This document shows positions 44,254-52,902 of a DNA stretch of 61,539 bases, piece by piece (position 1 is the first letter of the stretch; each line of letters opens with the position of its first letter). The notes beneath the pieces were generated by a model. It was not told where the DNA came from. It did no database searches and saw nothing but the letters and a program-made list of their open reading frames with translations. The DNA comes from Candidatus Limnocylindria bacterium (GTDB taxonomy: Bacteria; Chloroflexota; Limnocylindria; Limnocylindrales; CSP1-4): contig DATKBR010000007.1 of the NCBI GenBank assembly GCA_035513775.1, positions 1 to 61,539 on the forward strand. Direction: 5' to 3'. The position numbers and the translations under genes were made by a program.

Positions 44254-44901
44254 CTAAGGCCTGACGTACAGCGCGACCTGCCAGACGAACGTGCGATCGA
44301 TCTCGCGCCGGCGGAACCCCGCGCCGGTGAGGATCCGATCGATGTCGGCCGGCTGGTGCAGGTGCCAGCGCGTATGGTCCCGCGCCAGCCAGGCGAACGC
44401 ATTCATCACCCGCCCGGCAAGCCGGTTCCACCACGTGCCGCGCGGATAGACCAGGCCGACCATGCGGCGGGCGTGGCCGGCCGCGCTGGCGAGGAGCCCC
44501 GCCAGGTTCGGGTCGCAGCACACGACTCGATCCAGCGTGACGATGTCGACGGGCTCGATCTCCGAGGCGATCTCCTCGAACGTCCCCGCCCGACCGGTCG
44601 TTCGATCGCCATACCCGCGGCGTTCCGCTTCGGCGCGCGCCGCAGCGACGTATGCCTCGGTTGCGTCCACGGTCGTCGAGCGGGCGACGCCGCTCGCGAG
44701 CAGCTCCCACTGGATGGCCCCGATCCCGCCCCCGATATCGAGGAGCGTGGCGCCCTCGACGCCCTCTGCAACGATGGCATCGATCAGCGCGCGCGTGGTC
44801 CGGTCGGGACCCTGTTTCAGGTAGCGCTTCAGGTCGGCGTCCGCGTCCTTCGTGGAGAAGGTGTTCGGACAACCGCAGTTGCAGGGGGCGTCGTCGGACA
44901 T
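44254..44901 (-). CDS. Class I SAM-dependent methyltransferase (BchM-like fold)
   Basis: LLDIGGGIG, LDRVVCC; CATACT -10-like element 8 nt upstream of ATG 44901. Confidence 0.88.
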   Translation of the reverse strand: MSDDAPCNCGCPNTFSTKDADADLKRYLKQGPDRTTRALIDAIVAEGVEGATLLDIGGGIGAIQWELLASGVARSTTVDATEAYVAAARAEAERRGYGDRTTGRAGTFEEIASEIEPVDIVTLDRVVCCDPNLAGLLASAAGHARRMVGLVYPRGTWWNRLAGRVMNAFAWLARDHTRWHLHQPADIDRILTGAGFRRREIDRTFVWQVALYVRP

Positions 44902-45090
44902 TCCGGCCAAGTATGCGGGGGTAATGGCTAGCGAGAACGCCGCCAGACGACCTCGCCGCACTTCGAGCGCCGGCAGGTCCGGGCGGTCACCGCCCGTGAA
45001 GGCGTACAGGGCGGGATCGGCGAGGACCTCGACCATGTCGGCCGCGTCGTCGGGCCGGAGCGGAGTCAGCGTCAGACGATCTGTCTCGAT
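44902..45090 (-). pseudogene. N-terminal stub of a RimJ/RimL-type GNAT, in frame with the methyltransferase
   Basis: IETDRLTLTPLRPDDAADMVEVLADPALYAFTGG; breaks off after about 50 codons. Confidence 0.65.
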
Positions 45091-45153
45091 CGGCCCGGTC
45101 TCCGTGATCTCAGGCCCGCCGAGAGGCTGGGTGAACGTCGGAGGACCGCTCGC

Positions 45154-45636
45154 TCACGCCGGCCCGAGATCCTTCGCCATTCGGACGGCGCGATCGACAT
45201 AGCCCAGCGAGCGATACAGCCGTCGGGCGATCTCGTTTCCGCCAAAGACGTTGAGCTCGATCCGCTGGAAGCCCCGGGATCGTGACTCCGTCTCGGCGAG
45301 CTCCATCGCCGCGCGACCCAGGCCGCGGCCGCGATACGCCGTGTCGATCTCGATGTCGTAGACGTAGATCACCTGCCGGCCATCGATCTCGCGTTCCGCG
45401 AGCCACAGGCGCCCCACCGGTTCACCGGCCAGCTCGAGGACGAACACGTGGTGGCCGCGTGTCGCCAGGCCGTCGGGCAGGACCTCGGCCATGTCCATGA
45501 CGGCCTTCGCCCGGGCCGCCTCGGCCGGCGTGTTGCCGTTCACGGTGATGTCCCGCGCGTATTCCTCGATCTCCTGGGCGTGCCAGGCCTCGTACTCGTC
45601 CTGGCGCAGGGGTCGAAGGCCCAGGCGGTCGGTCAC
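45154..45636 (-). CDS. GNAT acetyltransferase
   Basis: YVYDIEI...RGRGLGRAAM, ELNVFGGN..ARRLYRSLGY; the track's ATG 45645 lies inside the TAGGAT -10, so GTG 45636 is preferred. Confidence 0.9.
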   Translation of the reverse strand: MTDRLGLRPLRQDEYEAWHAQEIEEYARDITVNGNTPAEAARAKAVMDMAEVLPDGLATRGHHVFVLELAGEPVGRLWLAEREIDGRQVIYVYDIEIDTAYRGRGLGRAAMELAETESRSRGFQRIELNVFGGNEIARRLYRSLGYVDRAVRMAKDLGPA

Positions 45637-45643
45637 GCGCGCC

Positions 45644-45649
45644 ATCCTA
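45644..45649 (-). promoter_or_regulatory. -10 box TAGGAT, leaderless geometry
   Basis: 7 nt upstream of GTG 45636. Confidence 0.55.
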
Positions 45650-45663
45650 ACGGCGCCCGCTGG

Positions 45664-45867
45664 CTATGAGGCGCGCGCCAACACGGCTTCGGGTTCGAGC
45701 GCCTCGGGCAGAATGGCCCGCACGTCGCCGTCGTCGTCGTCGACCGGGCGGTCGCGCCGAGTGATCGCGCGAACCGCCGGGAACGCGAGGACCAGCACGC
45801 TCGGCACTGTCGACACGATGGCGAAGAGCACGAGCGCGGTCGACGCACCGACGAGCTCGCCGAGCGG
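45664..45867 (-). pseudogene. C-terminal stub of an MFS-like transporter (not in ORF track)
   Basis: Manual translation PLGELVGASTALVLFAIVSTVPSVLVLAFPAVRAITRR...*; resembles a last MFS helix; upstream frame turns non-hydrophobic. Confidence 0.5.
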
Positions 45868-46285
45868 GCGCCGTGAGGCTGGACTGGTGCGGCGCCCGCC
45901 GATTGCAACCTGATCACGTGCGCCCGTAATGCGGCGTGAAGGGTGGCCCGCCTAGATTGCCGCCATTCTCCGCGCCCCCAACGTCAGGACCGGGCCAGGG
46001 GCGCGGAGATTTCCCTTCCTACCAGCCCGGGCGATGCCGTGGCCGTCGGAACAATCGCCGCCAGCCGGTGTCGATCAGGAAGAGGGCCGTTCGAAGCATC
46101 ACTTGGAGCCCCTGCTACGGAGTAGGCCTGAGAGACGCAGTAGGTGGATCGGCGGTTGCGCCTGCGCGCCATGATCTGGTGACAGGCGCCCACACATGAC
46201 CGGCAATTGGAAGGGCCCGTCGCTCACGTGTCCCCCATTTGTGTGCCGCAAGCGGCCAGCATGGGTACGGATAGGAGGCGCAAGC

Positions 46286-46582
46286 ATGCAGGAACGAACC
46301 GTTGGCTCCACGCCAGACCAGACCCGGAACGCCGCGCAGCCAGATGCCGGCGGCGCAGCTGGGCAGATGACCGTGCCAACGTCGCTGGTAGACGCGGTCA
46401 TGGACGTGGACGCAGCCGTCGACGACGGCGGGCTCGAACTCCAGGAGGCCCTCGCGCGGATGCACGAGGAACTCGCGCACATCATCCCAAGCCCAGCCGA
46501 GGATCCCGGTGCCGGTAGCTCGAGCTCAGCGCCCGTCTCGCCCGAGCCCGTCTCGCCCGAGCATCCCTCCACGCGCACCTGA
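46286..46582 (+). CDS. Small acidic hypothetical protein
   Basis: AGGAGG RBS 7 nt before ATG 46286; MQERTVGS...ELQEALARMHEELAHII. Confidence 0.55.
   Translation: MQERTVGSTPDQTRNAAQPDAGGAAGQMTVPTSLVDAVMDVDAAVDDGGLELQEALARMHEELAHIIPSPAEDPGAGSSSSAPVSPEPVSPEHPSTRT
46532..46561 (+). repeat. 15-bp tandem duplication (PVSPE x2)
   Basis: cccgtctcgcccgag x2. Confidence 0.9.
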
Positions 46583-46635
46583 AGAGGCGTCCGACGCGAG
46601 CCTCCACGCGCACCTGAAGAGGCGTCCGACGCGAG
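46566..46635 (+). repeat. Perfect 35-bp tandem duplication spanning the stop codon
   Basis: cctccacgcgcacctgaagaggcgtccgacgcgag x2, no spacer. Confidence 0.95.
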
Positions 46636-46784
46636 ACCCAGGCCGGCGACGGGGACGCCACTGGGGTGACGCCGGCGCGGAGCGCAAGTGTAGCTAGCGC
46701 GCTATCGGCGTGGATCCGACGGGGAGCGGGGCCGGTTGTTACATCGTCGGACCCACGACTCGTGCAGCCCCGGGCGTGACGAGC

Positions 46785-47033
46785 TCAAACGGAGTCAGCG
46801 TTCGCAAGTTGGTTCAGGGCAAGCGCGACAGTTGGCTCGTCCAGGACGTGGCCGCAGGCTGCACATCGCCAGGGGGCACCGATGAGGGTTCCCCGCGAGA
46901 GGCGTTGAAGGTCGGTTCGCAGCCCGTCAGATCGAATTTCAAAGGCGCCGTCTGTCCAGTCCACGGCGGCTCAGGCCGGGCAGTCTATGCGCGGCGGTGA
47001 ATGTTCTATGCGTAGCCGTGAAATGTGGCCCAT
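46785..47033 (-). pseudogene. 82-codon zinc-ribbon ORF with in-frame TGA at the second Cys of the first CxxC (not in ORF track)
   Basis: MGHISRLRIEHSPPRIDCPA*AAVDWTDGAFEIRSDGLRTDLQRLSRGTLIGAPWRCAACGHVLDEPTVALALNQLANADSV*; TGA at 46971-46973. Confidence 0.55.
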
Positions 47034-47189
47034 GTCCTGATCGTAGTGCGGGCGAGCATCCGCCGGCATGAACGCGGGCCTCAAAAGGCTTTCGGGATCC
47101 TCCAACTGCTCGGACGAGGGATGCCGAGGAGCCCGGTCCTGATCGTCGCGCGACGATCTGACAATTCGGACCGGTTCGGACGGGAGAGT

Positions 47190-47266
47190 TGGTCGGGGCG
47201 GCGGGATTCGAACCCACGACCACCAGTCCCCCAGACTGGTGCGCTACCAGACTGCGCCACGCCCCG
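47190..47266 (-). tRNA. tRNA-Pro(GGG) with encoded CCA
   Basis: CGGGGCG acceptor, CCAGT-CTGGGGG-ACTGG anticodon arm, GGTTCGAATCC T arm, ends CCGACCA. Confidence 0.97.
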
Positions 47267-47392
47267 ACGCAGCGCGAAGTCTAACCCCGGCGCTCCTTCG
47301 GGCGCTCATGACGCACGGTAGACGCGAGCGTCGATTCCGCGGCGCTCGTAGCGATCGTCCAGCTCGTGCCGTTGCAGCACCACGCCAGCTTG

Positions 47393-48808
47393 TCAGTCGG
47401 CCTTTGCCGCGGCGGCGGCCGCGTACTCCTCGTTCGCCGCCTTGAGGACCTTGTTCTCCTTGACCGTGAACCGCTCCAGCTCCCGGGCGTAGATGTCGTT
47501 GAAGAACGGGCAGGTCGGGCGCACGCCGCGAAAGTTGTCGATCTCGAGCTGCGCCTCCTCGAGGTTGATGCGGTCCTTGGCGGGAACCACATGGGCGCCC
47601 ACGACCTGATCGAAATAGGAATCCTCGCCGCTGTCCGTGAACTGGCGCCACCACAGCGAGCCGGCACCCCGCTCGATCCGCGCGGGGCGGTCCTTCATCC
47701 AGCCCTCATTGCGGATGAAATCCATTTTCCCGAACCGCATCTCGTGACCGACCTGGAAGAGCAGCTTCCCGCGGCGCCGCCGGTAGCGCGGCGCGAAGCC
47801 CTTCTCGTCGAACCTGCGCTTCGCATCCGTGACCCGCGCTCGCGCCTGCTCGACCTTGGCGACGAACGGGGCGAGGCGTTCGCGTCGCTTGCGCTCCTTC
47901 TCGGCCAGCTCCATGCCGCGGCGGATCGCTCGCTCCTCGGCCTTGCGCTGCGACGCCGTGGTCCAGTCACCCGGGTAGCCGGGTTCGGGTGGCCGGGTGG
48001 CTCCCCGCTCTGCCTCCTCCACCTTCTTCATCTCCGTGCCCTCGTAGCCGAAGCGGTCCGTGTACGCCTCGACGTTCTTGACGCCTGCCTTGAGGAGAGC
48101 CCAGCCGATCTCTCCGTAGGCGGTCACGCCCTGAAGCACGATGAACGCGCGGGACGCGCCCATGCCGCCCCGGACGGCGAGGCCCTTGAGCCAGCTCTTG
48201 GCCGCGTCGATGAACGGCCTGCTGCGCTTTCCGAGCCGGTCGACGGCCGAGATCCAGGCATCACGGCTCGCCTTGTCGCCGAGCTGCAGCGAGCGGGTGG
48301 CGTCAGCGACATCCAGCACGCTCTCGGCCCAGCGCTTGATCTGGAGGGCCTGCTTGGCCTTGTCGACCGCGTTGCTGAACTTGTCGAGGCCGTCGGTGAT
48401 CCTGGAGGAGATCCGGGCAAGGTTGTCTGCAGCAGATCGAAGCCCGGCCGGCATCTCGCCGCCGACCTTGTTCCACCACTCCAGGGCGCTCGGGATGTAC
48501 TCGAGGTACTCCTTCGCCTTGGCGACGCCGGTATCGAGGTCCTCGAGGAACTCGTCCTCTGGAGTCTGCTCTTCATCGTCCCGCTGGACGGCCGGATCGC
48601 GCTGGGCAACCTGTACCCCGGCCGCGCCGTTGCGCCGGACGCCGACTGCCTGGGGCGCGGGCGAGGTTCGACCAAGCGCCCGGGACGCCGTGAGCCATTC
48701 GGTGACGGCGAGATTCCCGGCGGTCCGCTGGAGGTCGACGACCTGGTCAGACCCGGCAATCGTGGCGTCCGGCGGCGCGGATGCGGGCAACTGGCGCGTC
48801 GCGGTCAA
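47393..48808 (-). CDS. Helical hypothetical protein with LQRxAGNxAV and VQR motifs (eCIS-associated-effector-like); start uncertain
   Basis: VVDLQRTAGNLAVTEWL, VQVAQRDPAVQRDD, then ~400 aa with strong GC3 codon bias; TTG 48808 is a guess, frame open to 48979. Confidence 0.75.
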   Translation of the reverse strand: MTATRQLPASAPPDATIAGSDQVVDLQRTAGNLAVTEWLTASRALGRTSPAPQAVGVRRNGAAGVQVAQRDPAVQRDDEEQTPEDEFLEDLDTGVAKAKEYLEYIPSALEWWNKVGGEMPAGLRSAADNLARISSRITDGLDKFSNAVDKAKQALQIKRWAESVLDVADATRSLQLGDKASRDAWISAVDRLGKRSRPFIDAAKSWLKGLAVRGGMGASRAFIVLQGVTAYGEIGWALLKAGVKNVEAYTDRFGYEGTEMKKVEEAERGATRPPEPGYPGDWTTASQRKAEERAIRRGMELAEKERKRRERLAPFVAKVEQARARVTDAKRRFDEKGFAPRYRRRRGKLLFQVGHEMRFGKMDFIRNEGWMKDRPARIERGAGSLWWRQFTDSGEDSYFDQVVGAHVVPAKDRINLEEAQLEIDNFRGVRPTCPFFNDIYARELERFTVKENKVLKAANEEYAAAAAAKAD

Positions 48809-49008
48809 CGGTGATCGAGCGCCGGTCAAGGGCGATCGAGTGCAGGTCGACCGGCCGAGTCGCAGCGGACCCCGGCGAGCAGGGTGTCCCAACCGGCACC
48901 TCCAGTGTCGCGACAGGTTGGCACACCGATTTTCGCCTGTCCAGCCGCCATTCGGGCACTCCCGCACCAGCGAGTGCACTCGATTTCGGGCGGTTCCCGG
49001 CGCCGGAC

Positions 49009-50094
49009 TCAGCCCGGAACGTTGAGCTGGTTGATCCAGCGGCCGAAGTCGGCGAGCTCGTCCTTGGACTCGCGGGAGAGGAGGTCGATCAGGCAGCGCT
49101 GGACGCTCTTGCCCTCGAACAGCGCGTTGTGGACCTCCTGGGCGATGGGCATCTCCACGCCGTGGCGCGCCGCGAGGGCGAGGGCCGCGTCGACGGTGTA
49201 GGCGCCCTCGGCGACGCCCGGCAGGTACCCCTCGATCTCCGCCCAGGTGCGGCCGTTCGCGAGCTCCCCACCGAGCCGGTGGTTGCGCGAGAGCTTCGAG
49301 CCGCAGGTCGCGATGACGTCACCGAGGCCGGCGAGGCCGGCGAACGTCAGCGGGTTCGCCCCGACGGCGATCCCGAGCCGGGTCATCTCGGCGAGTCCTC
49401 TGGTCATCAGACCGGCCTTGCCGTTCTGGCCGAAGCCAAGACCGTCCGCCGCGCCCGCGGCGATCGCGATGATGTTCTTGAGTGCCCCGCACAGTTCGAC
49501 ACCAAGCACGTCTGGGTTGGTGTACAGGCGGAACTCACGCCGGCTCAGGCGCTCGACGATCCGCTCCCCCACGCCCGGGTCGACTGACGCCACGACCGCG
49601 GAGGCGGGCAGCTTCCGCGCGATCTCCTGGGCGAGATTCGGGCCGGACAGCGCGGCGATGCGCGCAGGATCGATTTCACCTGCGTCGGCGATTACCTCGG
49701 TCATCCGGAACAACGTCCCGGACTCCAGGCCCTTGACCACCGAAAGCACGTCCGCCGTCGGGGCAATGTGCCGCCCGATTCGGCCCATCATGTCGCGCAG
49801 GTGCTGGGATGGCACGGCGATGATCACGAGGTCGGCGGCCAGGCCGAGCATTCCGGGGTCCGCAGTGACGTGCACGTTCGCCGGGAAGTCGATCCCGGAC
49901 AGCCGCTTCTCGTTACGGCGGATCTTGTTCAGGTGCTCGGCGGTCGCCGTGGAGTGACTGAACAGGATCACGGGTTCTGTGCGCGCGACGATCAGCGCGA
50001 GCGTCGTGCCCCAGGCACCGGTTCCCACGACGGCTACGCGCGCGTGACCCGTCTGGTCCGCCTGGCCGGTCACGGCCAGTCCGCTGTCGCTCAT
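49009..50094 (-). CDS. gpsA: NAD(P)H-dependent glycerol-3-phosphate dehydrogenase
   Basis: VAVVGTGAWGT, SVVKGLE, LSGPNLA, GALKNIIAIAAG, GLAGLGDVIATC, SRNH, AEG. Confidence 0.96.
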   Translation of the reverse strand: MSDSGLAVTGQADQTGHARVAVVGTGAWGTTLALIVARTEPVILFSHSTATAEHLNKIRRNEKRLSGIDFPANVHVTADPGMLGLAADLVIIAVPSQHLRDMMGRIGRHIAPTADVLSVVKGLESGTLFRMTEVIADAGEIDPARIAALSGPNLAQEIARKLPASAVVASVDPGVGERIVERLSRREFRLYTNPDVLGVELCGALKNIIAIAAGAADGLGFGQNGKAGLMTRGLAEMTRLGIAVGANPLTFAGLAGLGDVIATCGSKLSRNHRLGGELANGRTWAEIEGYLPGVAEGAYTVDAALALAARHGVEMPIAQEVHNALFEGKSVQRCLIDLLSRESKDELADFGRWINQLNVPG

Positions 50095-51815
50095 TTCGCG
50101 CGTGGCCGTGGGGTCCGCTTGCCGCCCGGGCGCTGGCCAAGCGGACGGCCGTTGGAACCGGTCGCCGTCTGTCGACCAGGGTCGGTGGGCGGCGTCGTGC
50201 GACCGGCAGGGCCCGGCGCGCTGGGCCGCGCAGCTACCTTCGATCGAGGGCTCTTGCTCGGACGGCTGGAACCCGCGCGCGGCTTGCCACCCCTCCGAGG
50301 CAGCCGGACGCTCGCCCGCTCGCGGAAGACGAGCCGGATGGGGGTGCCGAGGAAGCTGAAGACATCGCGCAGCCGGTTCTCGAGGTAGCGGCGGTAGCTG
50401 AAGTGGACCGAACCAGCGTCGCGCGCGAAGAACACGAACGTCGGCGGGGCGACCGCCACCTGCGTGGCGTAGAACAGCTTCGGGCGCTTGCCCTTCACCG
50501 CCGGCGGCTCCTGGCGGGCGGTCGCGTCGCCGACGATCCGGTTCAGCTCGCCCGTGGGCACGCGGCGCCGGCGCTCCGCCCAGACGTCGACGGCCAGCTC
50601 CAGCACTCGCGGCACGCGCTGGCCGGTCTTGGCGGAGATGCTCACGATCGGGGCGAAGTCGAGGAACGGTGCCTCGTGCCGGATCCACTCGACGTACTGG
50701 TCGAACGTGGTACCCGTCTTCTCCTCGACGGCGTCCCACTTGTTCACGGCGATCACCAGTCCCCTGCCCTCGTCGACCACGAAGCCCGCGATGTGCATGT
50801 CCTGCGCGGTCAGGCCGTCGACGGCATCGATCAGGAGGACGGCGACGTCGGCGCGCGAGATCGCCCGGAACGAGCGCAGCGTCGAGAAGCGGTCGGCGTC
50901 CGGTCCGCCCGCCACGCGGCCGCGGCGGCGAATGCCGGCGGTGTCGATGAGCACGATCTCCGTGCGGCCCCACGGCAGCCGGGTGTCGATTGCGTCGCGC
51001 GTCGTGCCCGGGATCTCGGACACGATCATCCGATCCTGGCCGAGCAGCGCGTTGAGCAGGCTCGACTTGCCGACGTTCGGCCGGCCCACAAGCGCGATTG
51101 CCGGCGGCTCATCGTCGGACTCGCTTGCGATCATCGCGTCCCACTTGCGCGCGGATGCCTCGTCGACGCCGTCAGCGGCCTCGTCGGCATCGTCGTCCGA
51201 TTCGTCGGTCGCGCCGACGACAAACGGTTCGAAGCGCCCGGACTCCACGTCGCGCGAGAATTCGTCAGCCTCGACCTCGCGGCGCTTGCGGGCGAGCTCG
51301 CCCTCGGATTCGGGCGGGAGCGCGAGGACCACGGAGTCGAGCATGTCGGCGACGCCGCGGCCGTGGACCGCGGCGATCGGGTGGGTCTCCTCCCAGCCAA
51401 GGGCGTAGAACTCGGCCGCCTCGAGCTCGCGCTTCGGGTTGTCCGCCTTGTTGACCGCGAGGAGGACGGGGGCATTGGCGCGCCGGAGCAGCAGCGCCGC
51501 TTCCTCGTCGGCGGGCGTCAGGCCGCTGATCGCCTCGACCACGAACAGGATCACGTCCGCCTCGGCGATCGCGATCCGCGCCTGGTCCTGGACGCGCGCC
51601 TCGATCGGGTCGCGCGTGTCCACCTCCAGACCGCCCGTGTCTACGATCATGAACCGGCGCCCGTTCCACTCGGCCTCGCCGTACAGCCGGTCGCGCGTCG
51701 TCCGGGCGCGGTCCTCCACGATCGCGGCGCGCTCGCCCACGATCCGATTGAAGAGCGTGCTCTTGCCGACGTTCGGGCGCCCCACGATGGCGACGATCGG
51801 GAGGCCGCCGGCCAC
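50091..51815 (-). CDS. der: Ribosome biogenesis GTPase Der (EngA)
   Basis: Two GRPNVGKS / DTGG, DTAG / NKAD, NKWD G domains plus KH-like tail; long acidic linker and basic C-terminal extension. Confidence 0.97.
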   Translation of the reverse strand: MAGGLPIVAIVGRPNVGKSTLFNRIVGERAAIVEDRARTTRDRLYGEAEWNGRRFMIVDTGGLEVDTRDPIEARVQDQARIAIAEADVILFVVEAISGLTPADEEAALLLRRANAPVLLAVNKADNPKRELEAAEFYALGWEETHPIAAVHGRGVADMLDSVVLALPPESEGELARKRREVEADEFSRDVESGRFEPFVVGATDESDDDADEAADGVDEASARKWDAMIASESDDEPPAIALVGRPNVGKSSLLNALLGQDRMIVSEIPGTTRDAIDTRLPWGRTEIVLIDTAGIRRRGRVAGGPDADRFSTLRSFRAISRADVAVLLIDAVDGLTAQDMHIAGFVVDEGRGLVIAVNKWDAVEEKTGTTFDQYVEWIRHEAPFLDFAPIVSISAKTGQRVPRVLELAVDVWAERRRRVPTGELNRIVGDATARQEPPAVKGKRPKLFYATQVAVAPPTFVFFARDAGSVHFSYRRYLENRLRDVFSFLGTPIRLVFRERASVRLPRRGGKPRAGSSRPSKSPRSKVAARPSAPGPAGRTTPPTDPGRQTATGSNGRPLGQRPGGKRTPRPRAK

Positions 51816-51829
51816 GATCCTGGTGCCTG

Positions 51830-52804
51830 CTAGCCGGCGGCCGGGAGGGATGCCGGCAGCGAGGTAGTCCGGCCGGCCGGCGTCGCTGCCAGCGCGAATG
51901 CCGCGTCGGCGAGGGCCGCCGCGTTCGCCCGCGCCTGCGAGGTGCCGGCGATCTCGAGGATGCGCCGGGCAACGGAGTGCAGGTCCTCGATGGGCGTGGA
52001 CGTGCCGCCCGTGACGCCGACGACCCGCGCGCCCTCGAACGCGGCCGGGTCGGTGAGGTCGCGCGCGGACTCGATCTGGATCGCCCGCGTCCCGGCGATC
52101 CCGCACAGGCGCGTCAGCTCCTTGGTGTTGGCCGACGATCGGCCGCCGACCACGACCATGAGGTCCACCTCGCGCGCCGTCTCGAGCGTGTCTTCCTGGC
52201 GACGGATCGTCACCGGGCACACGGTGTTGACGATCTTCAGCTCATGGCTGCGCGAAACCATGAACGCGGCGAGCTTCTCGAACTTCCAGGGCGGCTGGGT
52301 GGACTGGGAGATCAGCGCCATCTTCTTGCGGCGCGGGATCTGGTCCCAGTCCTCCTCCTCGTCGACGACGATGGTGTTCGGGGCGAAGCCCAGCAGGCCC
52401 ACGACCTCGGGGTGCTTCGGCGTCCCAAGCAGCACGATCGTGTAGCCCTCCTCGACGAGCTTGACGATCTCCTTCTGCTCCTGGATGACCCAGGTGCACG
52501 TGCCGTCGATGACCTCCAGGCCGCGCGCCGCGGCGCGTTCCATGACGTCGGGACGGACGCCGTGCGCGCGGATGACGACCGCCGCGCCGTGGTCGACGTC
52601 GTCGAGCGTGTCGACCGTCTCGATGCCGAGGCCCTGCAGGTCGCGGATCACGCCCTCGTTGTGGACCACCTGGCCCAGGGTGTGCGTCACCTTACCGTCA
52701 GCGCTCGCCTCCTTGGCCTTGTCGATGGCCTCCCGCACGCCGTAGCAGAACCCCGTCCGCTTCGCGATCCGGATCTCCGCCACCGCGCCGATACCTGCTG
52801 TCAT
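51830..52804 (-). CDS. ispH: 4-hydroxy-3-methylbut-2-enyl diphosphate reductase
   Basis: GFCYGV, VVHN, IRAHG, DGTC, HPEV, NTVCPVT..RQ, SANT. Confidence 0.95.
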   Translation of the reverse strand: MTAGIGAVAEIRIAKRTGFCYGVREAIDKAKEASADGKVTHTLGQVVHNEGVIRDLQGLGIETVDTLDDVDHGAAVVIRAHGVRPDVMERAAARGLEVIDGTCTWVIQEQKEIVKLVEEGYTIVLLGTPKHPEVVGLLGFAPNTIVVDEEEDWDQIPRRKKMALISQSTQPPWKFEKLAAFMVSRSHELKIVNTVCPVTIRRQEDTLETAREVDLMVVVGGRSSANTKELTRLCGIAGTRAIQIESARDLTDPAAFEGARVVGVTGGTSTPIEDLHSVARRILEIAGTSQARANAAALADAAFALAATPAGRTTSLPASLPAAG

Positions 52805-52902
52805 GACGGGACAAGTATCCCATGGGTCCGGTTCGGACCGGCCGTTCGTCGGCTGGGGCGCTCGGCAACGCGCTGCAACCGGACATATACGCGCGTTCCG
52901 GG

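Noticed and set aside
45154-45156. Programmed TGA readthrough or selenocysteine at the GNAT stop
   Set aside because: MAKDL is a normal GNAT C-terminus, there is no Cys context, and the downstream stub is truncated
46566-46635. 35-bp repeat as a CRISPR array
   Set aside because: Two copies are directly adjacent with no spacer, and there are no cas genes
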